Assembly (NCBI GenBank): GCA_016432645.1
Contig: CP066698.1
Location: 581,062 to 645,061 of the forward strand
DNA: 64,000 bases
From: Candidatus Falkowbacteria bacterium
Lineage (GTDB): Bacteria > Patescibacteriota > Patescibacteriia > Patescibacteriales > UBA12465
Direction: 5' to 3'
Part shown: one piece after another, positions 39,946-48,779 of the stretch
Layout: every line of letters starts with the position of its first letter
Position numbering within the stretch: position 1 is the stretch's first letter
The notes under the pieces: generated by a model
Seen by the model: only the letters and a program-made list of their open reading frames with translations
The model's database searches: none
Told to the model about the DNA's origin: nothing
Translations under genes and position numbers: made by a program

Positions 39946-40240
39946 ACATTTAAATTAAGCAGCGAAATGAATCTTCCTGGACCAATTTGGTCCTCTCAGA
40001 AAGAAGCGCATTGTTCTTTCTTAATTTGATAAGCCAAATTTTCCTAGCTTATCAAAACTACTTAACAGGCGAGGTGTTCAATTTTAAAAAATCATCAGTG
40101 ATGAGAAAATCATTCACAAGATTGTTTTAAGGCTGCTGAATTAATTTCGTTACGAGGATGATGACTACATAACCAAAAAATACTAAGCGTTATGTACGAA
40201 TCGGGAGGGGTTTCTTTTTAGGAACCCCTTTTTTCTTTTT
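39946..40240 (+). ncRNA. Candidate structured small RNA of about 295 nt (unit U2), class unknown
   Basis: Bounded by P2 and a strong terminator (GGGGTTTC 40207-40214 / GGAACCCC 40221-40228 plus T-run). No ORF longer than 20 codons. Five further hairpins: 39979-39993, 39998-40021 (8 bp), 40028-40053 (7 bp), 40092-40104, 40166-40196 (8 bp). Confidence 0.45.
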
Positions 40241-40276
40241 CTAAAGAGAGCAACGAGACCCTGTTGACAAAGACTA

Positions 40277-40304
40277 TTGACCTTTTTTATTCTTTTGCTA
40301 ATAT
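40277..40304 (+). promoter_or_regulatory. Promoter P3 of island unit U3
   Basis: TTGACC (40277-40282), 16 nt, TAATAT (40299-40304). Confidence 0.5.
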
Positions 40305-40329
40305 AACAGCATCACCAAAATTTCAGAAC

Positions 40330-40629
40330 ATGATAAAATTTGTTTTTCTTGTTTTGGTTCTGAGTTTTGGGCCGCACGTGTTGATTACCAACAATAATGG
40401 CAATCTAGAAATCCGCCAACGCCCCTGGGTGTTGATAGAACAAGGAGTTCAAAAAATTGCCTACCAACAATCTTACGGTCTTATTCCGAGGAGTGTTGAC
40501 ATATTGACTGTTAATCAGCAAGAAGAAAACGAGGCCCCAATTTTTGCCGGGGCAACCGACCCTGTCGATACTATCGACAACATCGCCTGGCAACGGCAAA
40601 AAGAAAAACTCGCAGGGCTTACCATTTAG
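40330..40629 (+). CDS. Small putative secreted protein, 99 aa
   Basis: The ATG at 40330 is in frame with track ORF 40264..40629. The TTG at 40264 is itself a TTGACA box upstream of P3, so I trimmed the ORF. MIKFVFLVLVLSFGPHVLI looks like a signal peptide. No homology known to me. Confidence 0.45.
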   Translation: MIKFVFLVLVLSFGPHVLITNNNGNLEIRQRPWVLIEQGVQKIAYQQSYGLIPRSVDILTVNQQEENEAPIFAGATDPVDTIDNIAWQRQKEKLAGLTI

Positions 40630-40801
40630 AGAACAATGGTTTGTCCCGTCGCAATGAAAGATGTTAAAACATCTAAATGTTCTCTGGCGTAACTATAACG
40701 CCGCAATCTATTCCATGTGCATCGTGGAACAACTCTCTTTTAAACGGATAATCTCCCGAAAACGACCCGACCGTGATCAGACGGTCTAGGGAGCTCTATC
40801 C
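40628..40801 (+). other. Hairpin-dense 3' region of unit U3 (candidate structured RNA element)
   Basis: Helices: AGAGAACA 40628-40635 / TGTTCTCT 40678-40685, enclosing GATGT/ACATC; GGCGT 40686-40690 / ACGCC 40698-40702; TTCCATG 40711-40717 / CGTGGAA 40723-40729; and a three-segment helix GGATA..CTCCC..GACCGT / ACGGTC..GGGAG..TATCC (40746-40801). Confidence 0.4.
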
Positions 40802-40829
40802 TGTACTAATTTTCTCAAAAAAAACAAAA

Positions 40830-40860
40830 AGCGCTTTCTTAACCGAAGGCGCTTTTCTCT
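40830..40860 (+). terminator. Intrinsic terminator T3
   Basis: AGCGCTTTC (40830-40838) / GAAGGCGCT (40845-40853), 9 bp with one G-U pair, then TTTTCTCTT. Confidence 0.6.
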
Positions 40861-40938
40861 TGGCAAAACCAATATTTTTAAATAAAAATCAAATTTAGTC
40901 AAATAGAAATTATTAGGACAATATGATAAAATTGAAGC

Positions 40939-43686
40939 ATGTCTAAACTAAAACCCAAGTTAATAATCATTGACGGCAACGCCATCATCCATCGCAGCTT
41001 CCATGCCCTGCCTCCAACTCTCCGAACCAAAGACGGAATTCTGGTTAACGCTGTGTATGGCTTTACCTCTTTTTTACTCAAAGCTTTAAACGAATTCCAT
41101 CCAGAATATGTAATTTTAACCTTGGATAAAGCGGGCAAAACTTTTAGGCACGAAGTTTATACGGAATACAAGGCGACGCGCGTTAAGGCGCCGGATGAAC
41201 TCTATGAACAAATTCCACTAGTTAAAAAAATAGCCGAAGCTTTTGATATTCCGATTTTTGAACTCTCCGGTTTTGAAGCGGATGACTTAATCGGGACTTT
41301 AAGCAAACAAGCAGGAGATGAAAAAAATCTAGAAACAATTATTATGACCGGCGATATGGACACCTTGCAGTTAATAGACGAAAAAACCAAAGTCTATACC
41401 ATGAGCCGCGGTTTATCGGACAGTGTTTTATACGACGTTGATAAAGTAAATGAGCGCTACGGCTTAAAACCGACACAAATTATAGATTACAAAGCTTTAC
41501 GCGGCGATCCCAGTGACAACATTCCGGGAGTACGTGGTATCGGCGAAAAAACCGCCGTGGAACTGCTACAAAATTTTAATGACTTAGCGGGAGTTTATAA
41601 GGCCGCCGAAAAAAATGATAAAAAAATCAAGGCGCGAACTTTAGAATTATTAGCCGCTTCCAAAGACAACGCTTTCTTAAGCCAAGAACTGGCAACGATA
41701 GACCGCGAAGCGCCAATTAAATTGCTGCTGGACAAAGCGCGCTTCGCCAATTTTAATTTAGAAAAAGTCTTAAAATTATTTAGCGACTTTGAGTTTCGTT
41801 CACTCTTAGGACGCGTCAAAGAAGTGCGCGACCGTTTAGAAAAAGCGCATCAAAGCGGCGAAGGCGGTGCCGAAATCGTGGAACAAAAAATTTCGGAGCG
41901 CCAAAAAAATGCGACCTACACTTTTTTAAAAACCGAAAAAGAATTTTCCGCTCTCATAGATAAACTGAGCAAAACTAAAGAATTTGCTCTAAAAATAGAA
42001 GCCACCGAAACCGACCCCTTAACAGCAGAAATTTTGGGCATCTCTTTTTGCTTAAAAGCCGGCGAAGCTTATTTTATTACCGGCGATAAAAAACAATTGG
42101 GCGCCTTGCAAGCTATTTTAGAAAATACCAACATCAAAAAAATCGGCCATAATCTAAAATTTGAATGGCGACTCCTTAATAAATTAGGTATTAATCTTCA
42201 AGGCGTTTATTTTGACGTCATGATTGCTTCCTATTTGTTAAATCCAGGTGAGAGGCGTCATGATTTAGACGCCCTGGCCTTTTCCGAACTCGGCATTGAA
42301 AAAATTAGTGCTAAGAACATTCAAGCTGCGGAACCGACGCAGATGAGCCTGGATTTCAGCGGTCCTGATCCAGAAAAATTAAGTTTATTTGCCTGCGAAA
42401 ACGTAGACTTAATTATTAAACTCAAAAAAATCTTAGCCAGCAAACTTAAACAAGAAGAGTTGGATGAAGTTTTCTCTAAAATTGAAATGCCGCTGACGGT
42501 AATTTTAGGCGAGATGGAAAACAATGGCATTAAAATCGATACTAAGCCGCTAAATAAACTCACTAAGGAAGTGGCAACTAAATTAAAAGGCCTGGAAACC
42601 GAAATTCATAAACTGGCCGGTTCAGAATTTAATATTAATTCTACCAAACAACTAAAAGAAGTTTTATTTGAAAAATTGGAAATACCGACCGAAGGCCTTA
42701 AAAAAACGAAGACTGGTTTCTCGACTGCTGAAGACGAATTAATAAAACTGAAAGATTTGCACCCGATAATCGCCTTGCTGCAAGATTATCGGGAACTAAA
42801 TAAATTAGAAACAACCTATTTAAACGCTTTGCCAAAAATGATAAATCCGGAAACTGGCAAAATCCACACGAACTTTAACCAAACGGTAGCGGCGACCGGA
42901 CGCTTATCATCCAATGACCCTAACCTACAAAACATCCCGACTCGAACTGAAGAAGGGCGGCGCATCCGTGAAGCTTTTGTCGCAACAACAGGCTATAAAT
43001 TAATAAGCTTTGATTATTCCCAAATTGAATTGCGTCTAGCGGCCCATATGTCCAAAGATGCTAAAATGATTGCCGCTTTTAAAGACGGCGCCGATATTCA
43101 CGCGGCGACCGCCGCTGGCATTAATGGCGTCAAAATTGAAGAGGTGACCAAAAAAATGCGTCAAGAAGCCAAGGCGGTTAATTTTGGAATCTTATATGGC
43201 CAGGGTCCGCACGGCTTAAGCCAAGGCGCCGGCATTCCCTACTACGAGGCTAACCAATTTATCAAAAAATATTTTGAAACTTATCCGGGAATCAAAAAAA
43301 TGATTGACGGTTTTATCAAACAGGCGCGCACTCAAAGCTATGCCATCACCATGTTCGGGCGCAAACGCCCTTTGCCTGATATGGAGTCTAATATTCCGAT
43401 GATTAGGAAGTCGGCCGAAAGAATGGCCATTAATACGCCGGTTCAAGGCTCAGCCGCTGATTTGATAAAGATGGCGATGATTAACATTGCCGAAACTATC
43501 GACGACGGCACCGACAACGCCAGAATGCTTTTGCAAGTCCATGACGAATTGATTTTTGAAATTAAAGAAGATAAGATAAATGGCTATACTGAAAAGATAA
43601 AGAGGTTAATGGAAAATGTTGCCAAGTTAAAGGTGTCGATTATCGCCGATGAACATCGGGGCGATAATTGGGGCGAACTGAAATAA
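40939..43686 (+). CDS. polA: DNA polymerase I
   Basis: 915 aa. The 5'-3' exonuclease N-terminus (LIIIDGNAIIHRSFHAL), a 3'-5' exo-like middle, and pol motifs DYSQIELR and LLQVHDELIFE. Confidence 0.95.
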   Translation: MSKLKPKLIIIDGNAIIHRSFHALPPTLRTKDGILVNAVYGFTSFLLKALNEFHPEYVILTLDKAGKTFRHEVYTEYKATRVKAPDELYEQIPLVKKIAEAFDIPIFELSGFEADDLIGTLSKQAGDEKNLETIIMTGDMDTLQLIDEKTKVYTMSRGLSDSVLYDVDKVNERYGLKPTQIIDYKALRGDPSDNIPGVRGIGEKTAVELLQNFNDLAGVYKAAEKNDKKIKARTLELLAASKDNAFLSQELATIDREAPIKLLLDKARFANFNLEKVLKLFSDFEFRSLLGRVKEVRDRLEKAHQSGEGGAEIVEQKISERQKNATYTFLKTEKEFSALIDKLSKTKEFALKIEATETDPLTAEILGISFCLKAGEAYFITGDKKQLGALQAILENTNIKKIGHNLKFEWRLLNKLGINLQGVYFDVMIASYLLNPGERRHDLDALAFSELGIEKISAKNIQAAEPTQMSLDFSGPDPEKLSLFACENVDLIIKLKKILASKLKQEELDEVFSKIEMPLTVILGEMENNGIKIDTKPLNKLTKEVATKLKGLETEIHKLAGSEFNINSTKQLKEVLFEKLEIPTEGLKKTKTGFSTAEDELIKLKDLHPIIALLQDYRELNKLETTYLNALPKMINPETGKIHTNFNQTVAATGRLSSNDPNLQNIPTRTEEGRRIREAFVATTGYKLISFDYSQIELRLAAHMSKDAKMIAAFKDGADIHAATAAGINGVKIEEVTKKMRQEAKAVNFGILYGQGPHGLSQGAGIPYYEANQFIKKYFETYPGIKKMIDGFIKQARTQSYAITMFGRKRPLPDMESNIPMIRKSAERMAINTPVQGSAADLIKMAMINIAETIDDGTDNARMLLQVHDELIFEIKEDKINGYTEKIKRLMENVAKLKVSIIADEHRGDNWGELK

Positions 43687-43691
43687 TAATT

Positions 43692-45011
43692 ATGAAAAAT
43701 GTCGAGCAAAAAACTAAAATCGCTTTATTGGGTCTAGGGATGGACAACCTGGCACTTTTGAAATTACTGGATGAAAACCGCGCGCCAGCGGACATTACAA
43801 TTTGCGATTTCCGTAATCCAGAACAACTGCCAAAAGTAAAATTAAAAAATTTAAAAGTTAATTACCGCTTAGGCGCAGAGTTTAATAAAAATTTAAGCGA
43901 CTTTTCTTTGCTTTTTCGGGCTCCCGGTTGGCCGATTGCTTGCCCGGGAATTCAAGCGGCGCTTAAAACCGGTAAGACTAAGTTATCAAGCCCTTTAAAT
44001 TTATTTTTAGAATTAGTTCCAACAAAAAATATTATCGGTGTTACCGGTACCAAGGGTAAAGGTACGACTGCCACTCTAATTTACAAAATTTTACAGGCCG
44101 CTAACCAAAAAACCGGCCGCCGCATTTTTTTAGGCGGCAATATCGGCATAACACCGCTTAGCTTTCTAAAAAAAGTGCGGCCCCAAGACTACGTTGTCTT
44201 AGAGCTTTCCAGTTTTCAGTTAGAGGATATAAAAACATCTCCCAGGATTGCGGTCATTACTAATCTTTTTAAAGAACACTTAGCGCCCGCTGACCCCAAT
44301 AATCCAAATTTTCATTCTTCTCTCAAAAAATACTGGGAAGCTAAATTAAATATTACGCGTTATTCGGAAAATAAATATTTAGTCGTTAACGAATCTTTAA
44401 AATCTCAAATCAAAAATGAACAGCTGCCTGGAAAAATAATTTATTTTAACGACAGTAATTTAAACTCCGGATTAGTCGGCGACTATAATAGACAAAACAT
44501 CGCTGCTGCCATAGAAGTATCTAAAATATTAAAAATCAAAGCGGAAATATACCAAGCAGCAATCGCCAAATTTAAAAATCTGGAACATCGTTTAGAATTC
44601 GTAACCAAAATCAAAGGCGTTAAATATTTTGATAATAGTTTTTCAACAACACCGGAAAGCACGGCCCTAGATTTACTATCCTTTAAAGAGCCCATTGTTC
44701 AAATTGCTGGCGGCGCCGACAAAGGGGCTGATTTCAAACCGCTAGCCAAAGTTATCAAGCAAAAAACTGACTTTTTAATTTTACTCCCCGGCAAAGGTTC
44801 AGATAGAATGGCCGCGGAACTTAAAAAAATAAACTTTCCTGACGATAGGCTCGCACTGGCGGAAGACATGAAAGAAGCGGTCTCCTTAGCAAGGCTGCAA
44901 GCAGGCCCGGACAGTGTAATTCTGCTTTCTACAGCTTGCGCCAGTTTTGGCATTTTCAAAAATTATAAAGAACGCGGCGACTTGTTTCAAAAATATGCCA
45001 AACAAAAATAA
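43692..45011 (+). CDS. murD: UDP-N-acetylmuramoylalanine--D-glutamate ligase
   Basis: Rossmann-like N-terminus (IALLGLGMDN) and P-loop GVTGTKGKGTTA. I chose the ATG at 43692, just after the polA stop, instead of the overlapping track start at 43668. Confidence 0.85.
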   Translation: MKNVEQKTKIALLGLGMDNLALLKLLDENRAPADITICDFRNPEQLPKVKLKNLKVNYRLGAEFNKNLSDFSLLFRAPGWPIACPGIQAALKTGKTKLSSPLNLFLELVPTKNIIGVTGTKGKGTTATLIYKILQAANQKTGRRIFLGGNIGITPLSFLKKVRPQDYVVLELSSFQLEDIKTSPRIAVITNLFKEHLAPADPNNPNFHSSLKKYWEAKLNITRYSENKYLVVNESLKSQIKNEQLPGKIIYFNDSNLNSGLVGDYNRQNIAAAIEVSKILKIKAEIYQAAIAKFKNLEHRLEFVTKIKGVKYFDNSFSTTPESTALDLLSFKEPIVQIAGGADKGADFKPLAKVIKQKTDFLILLPGKGSDRMAAELKKINFPDDRLALAEDMKEAVSLARLQAGPDSVILLSTACASFGIFKNYKERGDLFQKYAKQK

Positions 45012-45837
45012 TGAAGCCAAAAATATTATCGGCGTTTTTGATTCCGGCCTAGGGGGACTAACGGTCTTTAAACATTTTTTAGATTCTCTGCCCGACTATA
45101 ACTATATTTATCTGGGTGATAACGCCCGCCTGCCATATGGCGAAAAATCCCCGGAAACTATCTACGAATATACACGGGAAGCGGTGGAATTTTTATTGGA
45201 AAGCGGTTGCAACTTAATAATCATTGCGTGTAATACCGCTTCCGCCCAAGCCTTGCGAAAAATCCAACAAGAATATTTGCCGGCTCATTGGCCGGAGCGC
45301 CGTGTTCTCGGAGTTATCCGACCGCTAGCAGAGCATTTTGCCAATCCTAAATTTAAAAAAATCGGCGTCATCGGCACTAAATCAACAATCGCCGCCGGCG
45401 CCTACCGGACAGAAATTAAAAAATTATCACCGCAAATTAAAGTCTTGGAAAAAAACGCGCCGCTCCTGGTCCCTTTGATTGAAGAGGGCTGGGCAAAGAA
45501 ACCGGAAACTAAAATGATCCTTAAAAAATATTTACACCCGCTTAAAACCGAACAAATCGAGGCCCTAATTCTCGGCTGCACCCATTACCCATTTTTATTG
45601 CCGGAAATCAAAAAAATTATGGGCAAAAATGTGGAGGTGCCTGATCCTGGCGAAATTATTGCTGCTAGCTTAATATCATATCTAACCAAGCACCCGGAAT
45701 TGGAATTAAAGAAAACTAAAAATGCCAGCCGCCAATATTTAACCACTGATAACCCGCGGCTATTCAAAGAATTGGGTGAAAAATTTTTGAACCAAAAAAT
45801 GTCCAAAGTATCGCAAGTAAAAATTTCCGAACTCTAA
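44995..45837 (+). CDS. murI: Glutamate racemase
   Basis: IGVFDSGLGGLTV, IIACNTAS, LGCTHYPF. Start chosen at ATG 44995 (MPNKNNEAKNIIGVFDSG), overlapping the murD end by 17 nt. The track start is 44947. Confidence 0.9.
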   Translation: MPNKNNEAKNIIGVFDSGLGGLTVFKHFLDSLPDYNYIYLGDNARLPYGEKSPETIYEYTREAVEFLLESGCNLIIIACNTASAQALRKIQQEYLPAHWPERRVLGVIRPLAEHFANPKFKKIGVIGTKSTIAAGAYRTEIKKLSPQIKVLEKNAPLLVPLIEEGWAKKPETKMILKKYLHPLKTEQIEALILGCTHYPFLLPEIKKIMGKNVEVPDPGEIIAASLISYLTKHPELELKKTKNASRQYLTTDNPRLFKELGEKFLNQKMSKVSQVKISEL

Positions 45838-45845
45838 ATTAAACT

Positions 45846-46814
45846 ATGATTATTTTTTTATACGGGCCGGATACCTTCCGCTCACGCCGTCTATTGCATG
45901 AAATGAAAGATAAATTTATTAAAGACGCCGATCAAGAAGGCGATAGCCTTGATATTGTCGACGGACAAAATATAAGCATTTCCGAGATTAACGAAAAAAT
46001 AAATACCGGCTCCCTATTCACCAAAAAAAGAATGGTGATTATCAACGATATTTTTAAGAATAAAAAAACTACTATTTTTGCCGAGCTGCTAGAAATTTTG
46101 AAACGAGTAGCTGCTGATGATGAAAAAGTAATTATTATCCGCGACGGCGAACTGGGAACTAGTGGAGAGAGCCTTAAAGCTGATGCTAAAAAATTATTTG
46201 CCTTCCTATTAAAGCAAAAATATGTCCAGGAATTTAAATTTTTAAAAGACAACGCTCTCCTCAGTTTTATCAAAAAAGAAGCCAACTCATACAATAAAGA
46301 AATTTCCACCTCGGCCGCCACGGAAATCGTTAAGCGCAGCGGCGGCGACTTATGGCTCATTACTCAAGGAATAAAAAAAGCAGCTTTAGTTTCTGAAGAA
46401 AAAATTATCAGCCTAGAACTAATTAAAGAGGTAACGGCGGAAACTTTTTCCGAAGACATCTTTGCTTTAACTGATGCGCTCGGCGCTAGAAATAAAAAAC
46501 TGGCTTTGAAAATAATGGAAGAACAGTATCTGGCCGGGGCCAGTGATGAATACTTGATTGCCATGCTAACCCGGCAATTTAAGATACTTTTACAACTAAG
46601 CGAAGCAGCTAGTTCTCGATTAGCGCCGGACAAAATAGCCCAGGAATTGAAGCTGCACCCCTTTGTCGTTAAAAAAGGATTACAACAAGCGAAAAATTTT
46701 ACGAGCTCGCAACTCTTATCATATCTAAATCGCTTATTAAAATTTGATTTTAATAATAAAACCAGCGGCAGCGATTTGAAAACAGAAATTACTCTCTTAA
46801 TCGCCGATATTTAA
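45846..46814 (+). CDS. holA: DNA polymerase III delta subunit
   Basis: 322 aa. MIIFLYGPDTFRSRRLL N-terminus and the overall length and pattern of HolA. Moderate confidence without a profile search. Confidence 0.65.
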   Translation: MIIFLYGPDTFRSRRLLHEMKDKFIKDADQEGDSLDIVDGQNISISEINEKINTGSLFTKKRMVIINDIFKNKKTTIFAELLEILKRVAADDEKVIIIRDGELGTSGESLKADAKKLFAFLLKQKYVQEFKFLKDNALLSFIKKEANSYNKEISTSAATEIVKRSGGDLWLITQGIKKAALVSEEKIISLELIKEVTAETFSEDIFALTDALGARNKKLALKIMEEQYLAGASDEYLIAMLTRQFKILLQLSEAASSRLAPDKIAQELKLHPFVVKKGLQQAKNFTSSQLLSYLNRLLKFDFNNKTSGSDLKTEITLLIADI

Positions 46815-46859
46815 ATCGCGCGTCAGGACGCGGCTATCTAAAACTTAATAAAACTAAAA

Positions 46860-46888
46860 TTGACAAAATATAAAAACAATTATATTAT
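46860..46888 (+). promoter_or_regulatory. Promoter of purB
   Basis: TTGACA (46860-46865), 17 nt, TATTAT (46883-46888). A strong GGAGGA Shine-Dalgarno lies 9 nt before the ATG at 46963. Confidence 0.6.
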
Positions 46889-46962
46889 TTTTTGTTACCT
46901 TGTAACTTAAAAACAATAAATAAAAACGTAAAATTAATCTTAAAAATTGGAGGAACCAAAAA

Positions 46963-48447
46963 ATGTTGGAACGCTACGCAAATTCAGAAATTAACAAAAT
47001 TTTTACCGACGAACACAAACTGCAACTTTGGCAGGAAACCGAATTTGCCGTTATCAGAGCAATGCTTCGATTACGGATGATTGACCGAGATGATAGCGCC
47101 GCTATTATCACCACGTTACAGGAAAGCCCCATTGACGTTGAATGGTGGAAAAAAAGAGACAAAGAAATCCATCATGACCTTAACGCGTTCATTGACGAAC
47201 GCGTGCGTTATTTACCGACTGAATTACACCAGTACTTCCATAAAAACATTACCTCGTATGATACCGAGGAACCGGCTTTTGCCAGGATGTTATTGGAAGC
47301 GATTGAAGTTGTTCTACCACTATGTGGAATGCTTAAAGAAGAATTAATCACTCTGGCGCTCAAATATCGTTTCACGATTATGAACGCCCGCACTCACGGA
47401 CAAGAAGCCGAATTGCAAAGTTTCGGCGCCCGCTGTTTAAGCTGGCTGGCCGACTACGAAGTTGCCGCTCAGGCTTTAACCAGAACTCTGGAAAATCTTG
47501 GATATTCCAAATTATCCGGAGCGATCGGCAAATATGGAAGTTTGAATCCAGAAATTGAAAAATTAGCTTTAGCTGATTTGAAATTTAAACCCTTTACCGG
47601 AGCCACTCAAATCATGCCGCGAATTTTATACGCGCCTATTGCTCAAGCTTTAAGCAACTTGGTATCAGTGTTGGATAAAATCGCCGGTGATATCCGCTTG
47701 GCTGCTCGTAGTGGACGCCCGATTATGCAAGAACCTTTTCAGAAAAAACAGAAAGGCTCGTCGGCCATGCCGCACAAAAAAAACACCATCCGTACCGAAC
47801 AGGTTGAAGGAATGGCCAGAATGGCTCGGGGCTACGCTAATATGATTAGTGAAAGCATAAAAACGTGGGAGGAAAGAGCCATTGAACAATCTTCGGTAGA
47901 GCGCGTCGCTTGGCCGGATTTGTTCCACGTTACTGCTCAGGCACTCAAAGTTATGAATTTGGTTATGAGCGGTCTGAAAGTTTATCCAGACAACATGTTA
48001 AAAGAAATTCATGAATCGCGGGGAGTTTATGCTTCCAGTGAAGCCAAAGAATTTTTGAAAACTCAGGGGCTGGCCCATGAAGCGGCTTATCGCATCATAC
48101 AACTTGCCTGCTTCAATGTTTTTGAACCCAGCAGTGATCGTTTGGTAATTCGCGAAAACGTGCCGTCATCTTTTGGAGAAGCTAATGCTTACTTAAAAAT
48201 GATTTCACGCCTGAAAGCGGAAAAAATTACTTCTATTGAAGACTTTGTTCCGAGAGCCGAATTACGTGTATCAGACAGTTTGGATGCCAGTTGGGAAGAT
48301 GTACATAATTATAATGCCGTTCTGAAAAAACTATTTTCCGACAAGGAAACAGTTGGCAAATGGCATCGCCTCTTTACACCAGAGCATCTTTTGCAACACG
48401 AGAAAACTCTTTACGAACAAATGGGTATCACGTCTCAAACGACGTAA
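46963..48447 (+). CDS. purB: Adenylosuccinate lyase family protein
   Basis: 494 aa. MLERYANSEINKIFTDEHKLQLWQETE (PurB-type N-terminus) and the fumarate-lyase signature GSSAMPHKKN. Confidence 0.85.
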   Translation: MLERYANSEINKIFTDEHKLQLWQETEFAVIRAMLRLRMIDRDDSAAIITTLQESPIDVEWWKKRDKEIHHDLNAFIDERVRYLPTELHQYFHKNITSYDTEEPAFARMLLEAIEVVLPLCGMLKEELITLALKYRFTIMNARTHGQEAELQSFGARCLSWLADYEVAAQALTRTLENLGYSKLSGAIGKYGSLNPEIEKLALADLKFKPFTGATQIMPRILYAPIAQALSNLVSVLDKIAGDIRLAARSGRPIMQEPFQKKQKGSSAMPHKKNTIRTEQVEGMARMARGYANMISESIKTWEERAIEQSSVERVAWPDLFHVTAQALKVMNLVMSGLKVYPDNMLKEIHESRGVYASSEAKEFLKTQGLAHEAAYRIIQLACFNVFEPSSDRLVIRENVPSSFGEANAYLKMISRLKAEKITSIEDFVPRAELRVSDSLDASWEDVHNYNAVLKKLFSDKETVGKWHRLFTPEHLLQHEKTLYEQMGITSQTT

Positions 48448-48506
48448 AATCTCATTAATTGTTATCCGGGCGTCATCTTAACAGGTGGCGCCTTTCTTTT
48501 TAACAC

Positions 48507-48535
48507 TTGCCTTTTTATTTATTCTTTGTTATATT
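48507..48535 (+). promoter_or_regulatory. Promoter of the tRNA array
   Basis: TTGCCT (48507-48512), 17 nt, TATATT (48530-48535), about 50 nt upstream of tRNA-Ile. Confidence 0.5.
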
Positions 48536-48586
48536 TTTATTCAGAATTTCCAAAAGGAGAAATCTAGTTTTTTTTGTTTAAAAATC

Positions 48587-48660
48587 GGGCAATTAGCTCA
48601 GTTGGTTAGAGCGCAACACTGATAATGTTGAGGTCGGAGGTTCGAATCCTCCATTGCCCA
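48587..48660 (+). tRNA. tRNA-Ile (anticodon GAT)
   Basis: Cloverleaf: GGGCAAT/ATTGCCC acceptor, D-arm GCTCAGTTGGTTAGAGC, anticodon arm CAACA-CTGATAA-TGTTG, T-arm GGAGGTTCGAATCCTCC. No encoded CCA. Confidence 0.95.
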
Positions 48661-48688
48661 CTTTAGCCGTAATGTTAGAAAAATTTGT

Positions 48689-48764
48689 AGCGGGATAGAG
48701 CAGTTGGCAGCTCGCCAGGCCCATAACCTGGAGGTCGTCGGTTCGAGTCCGACTCCCGCAACCA
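48689..48764 (+). tRNA. Initiator tRNA-fMet (anticodon CAT), CCA encoded
   Basis: Near-colinear with the E. coli tRNA-fMet pattern. It has a 1-72 mismatch (A1 x A72), G2-C71/C3-G70, A11-U24, the loop CCCATAA, A73, and a 3' CCA at 48762-48764. Confidence 0.85.
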
Positions 48765-48779
48765 ACTTTAAAAATATAG

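Noticed and set aside
39946-40240. Whether unit U2 (or U1/U3) is SRP RNA, 6S RNA, RNase P RNA, tmRNA, a T-box or a riboswitch leader.
   Set aside because: I searched by eye and found none of the signature sequences: GGAA-tetraloop/AGCAGCC helix 8, GAGGAAAGUCC, a tRNA-like 3' end with CCA, or the T-box AGGGUGGNACC. A partial AGCAGCC on the minus strand (around 40128-40136) has no SRP-like surroundings. The class remains unknown rather than assigned.
40264-40329. TTG start of the track ORF 40264..40629 (121 aa).
   Set aside because: The TTG is part of a TTGACA box, and the stretch upstream of the ATG at 40330 contains promoter P3. The ATG at 40330 begins a signal-peptide-like sequence, so I shortened the ORF to 99 aa.
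46892-47080. A 62-aa ORF overlapping the purB start.
   Set aside because: It is out of frame with purB and overlaps it. purB has a strong GGAGGA ribosome-binding site.
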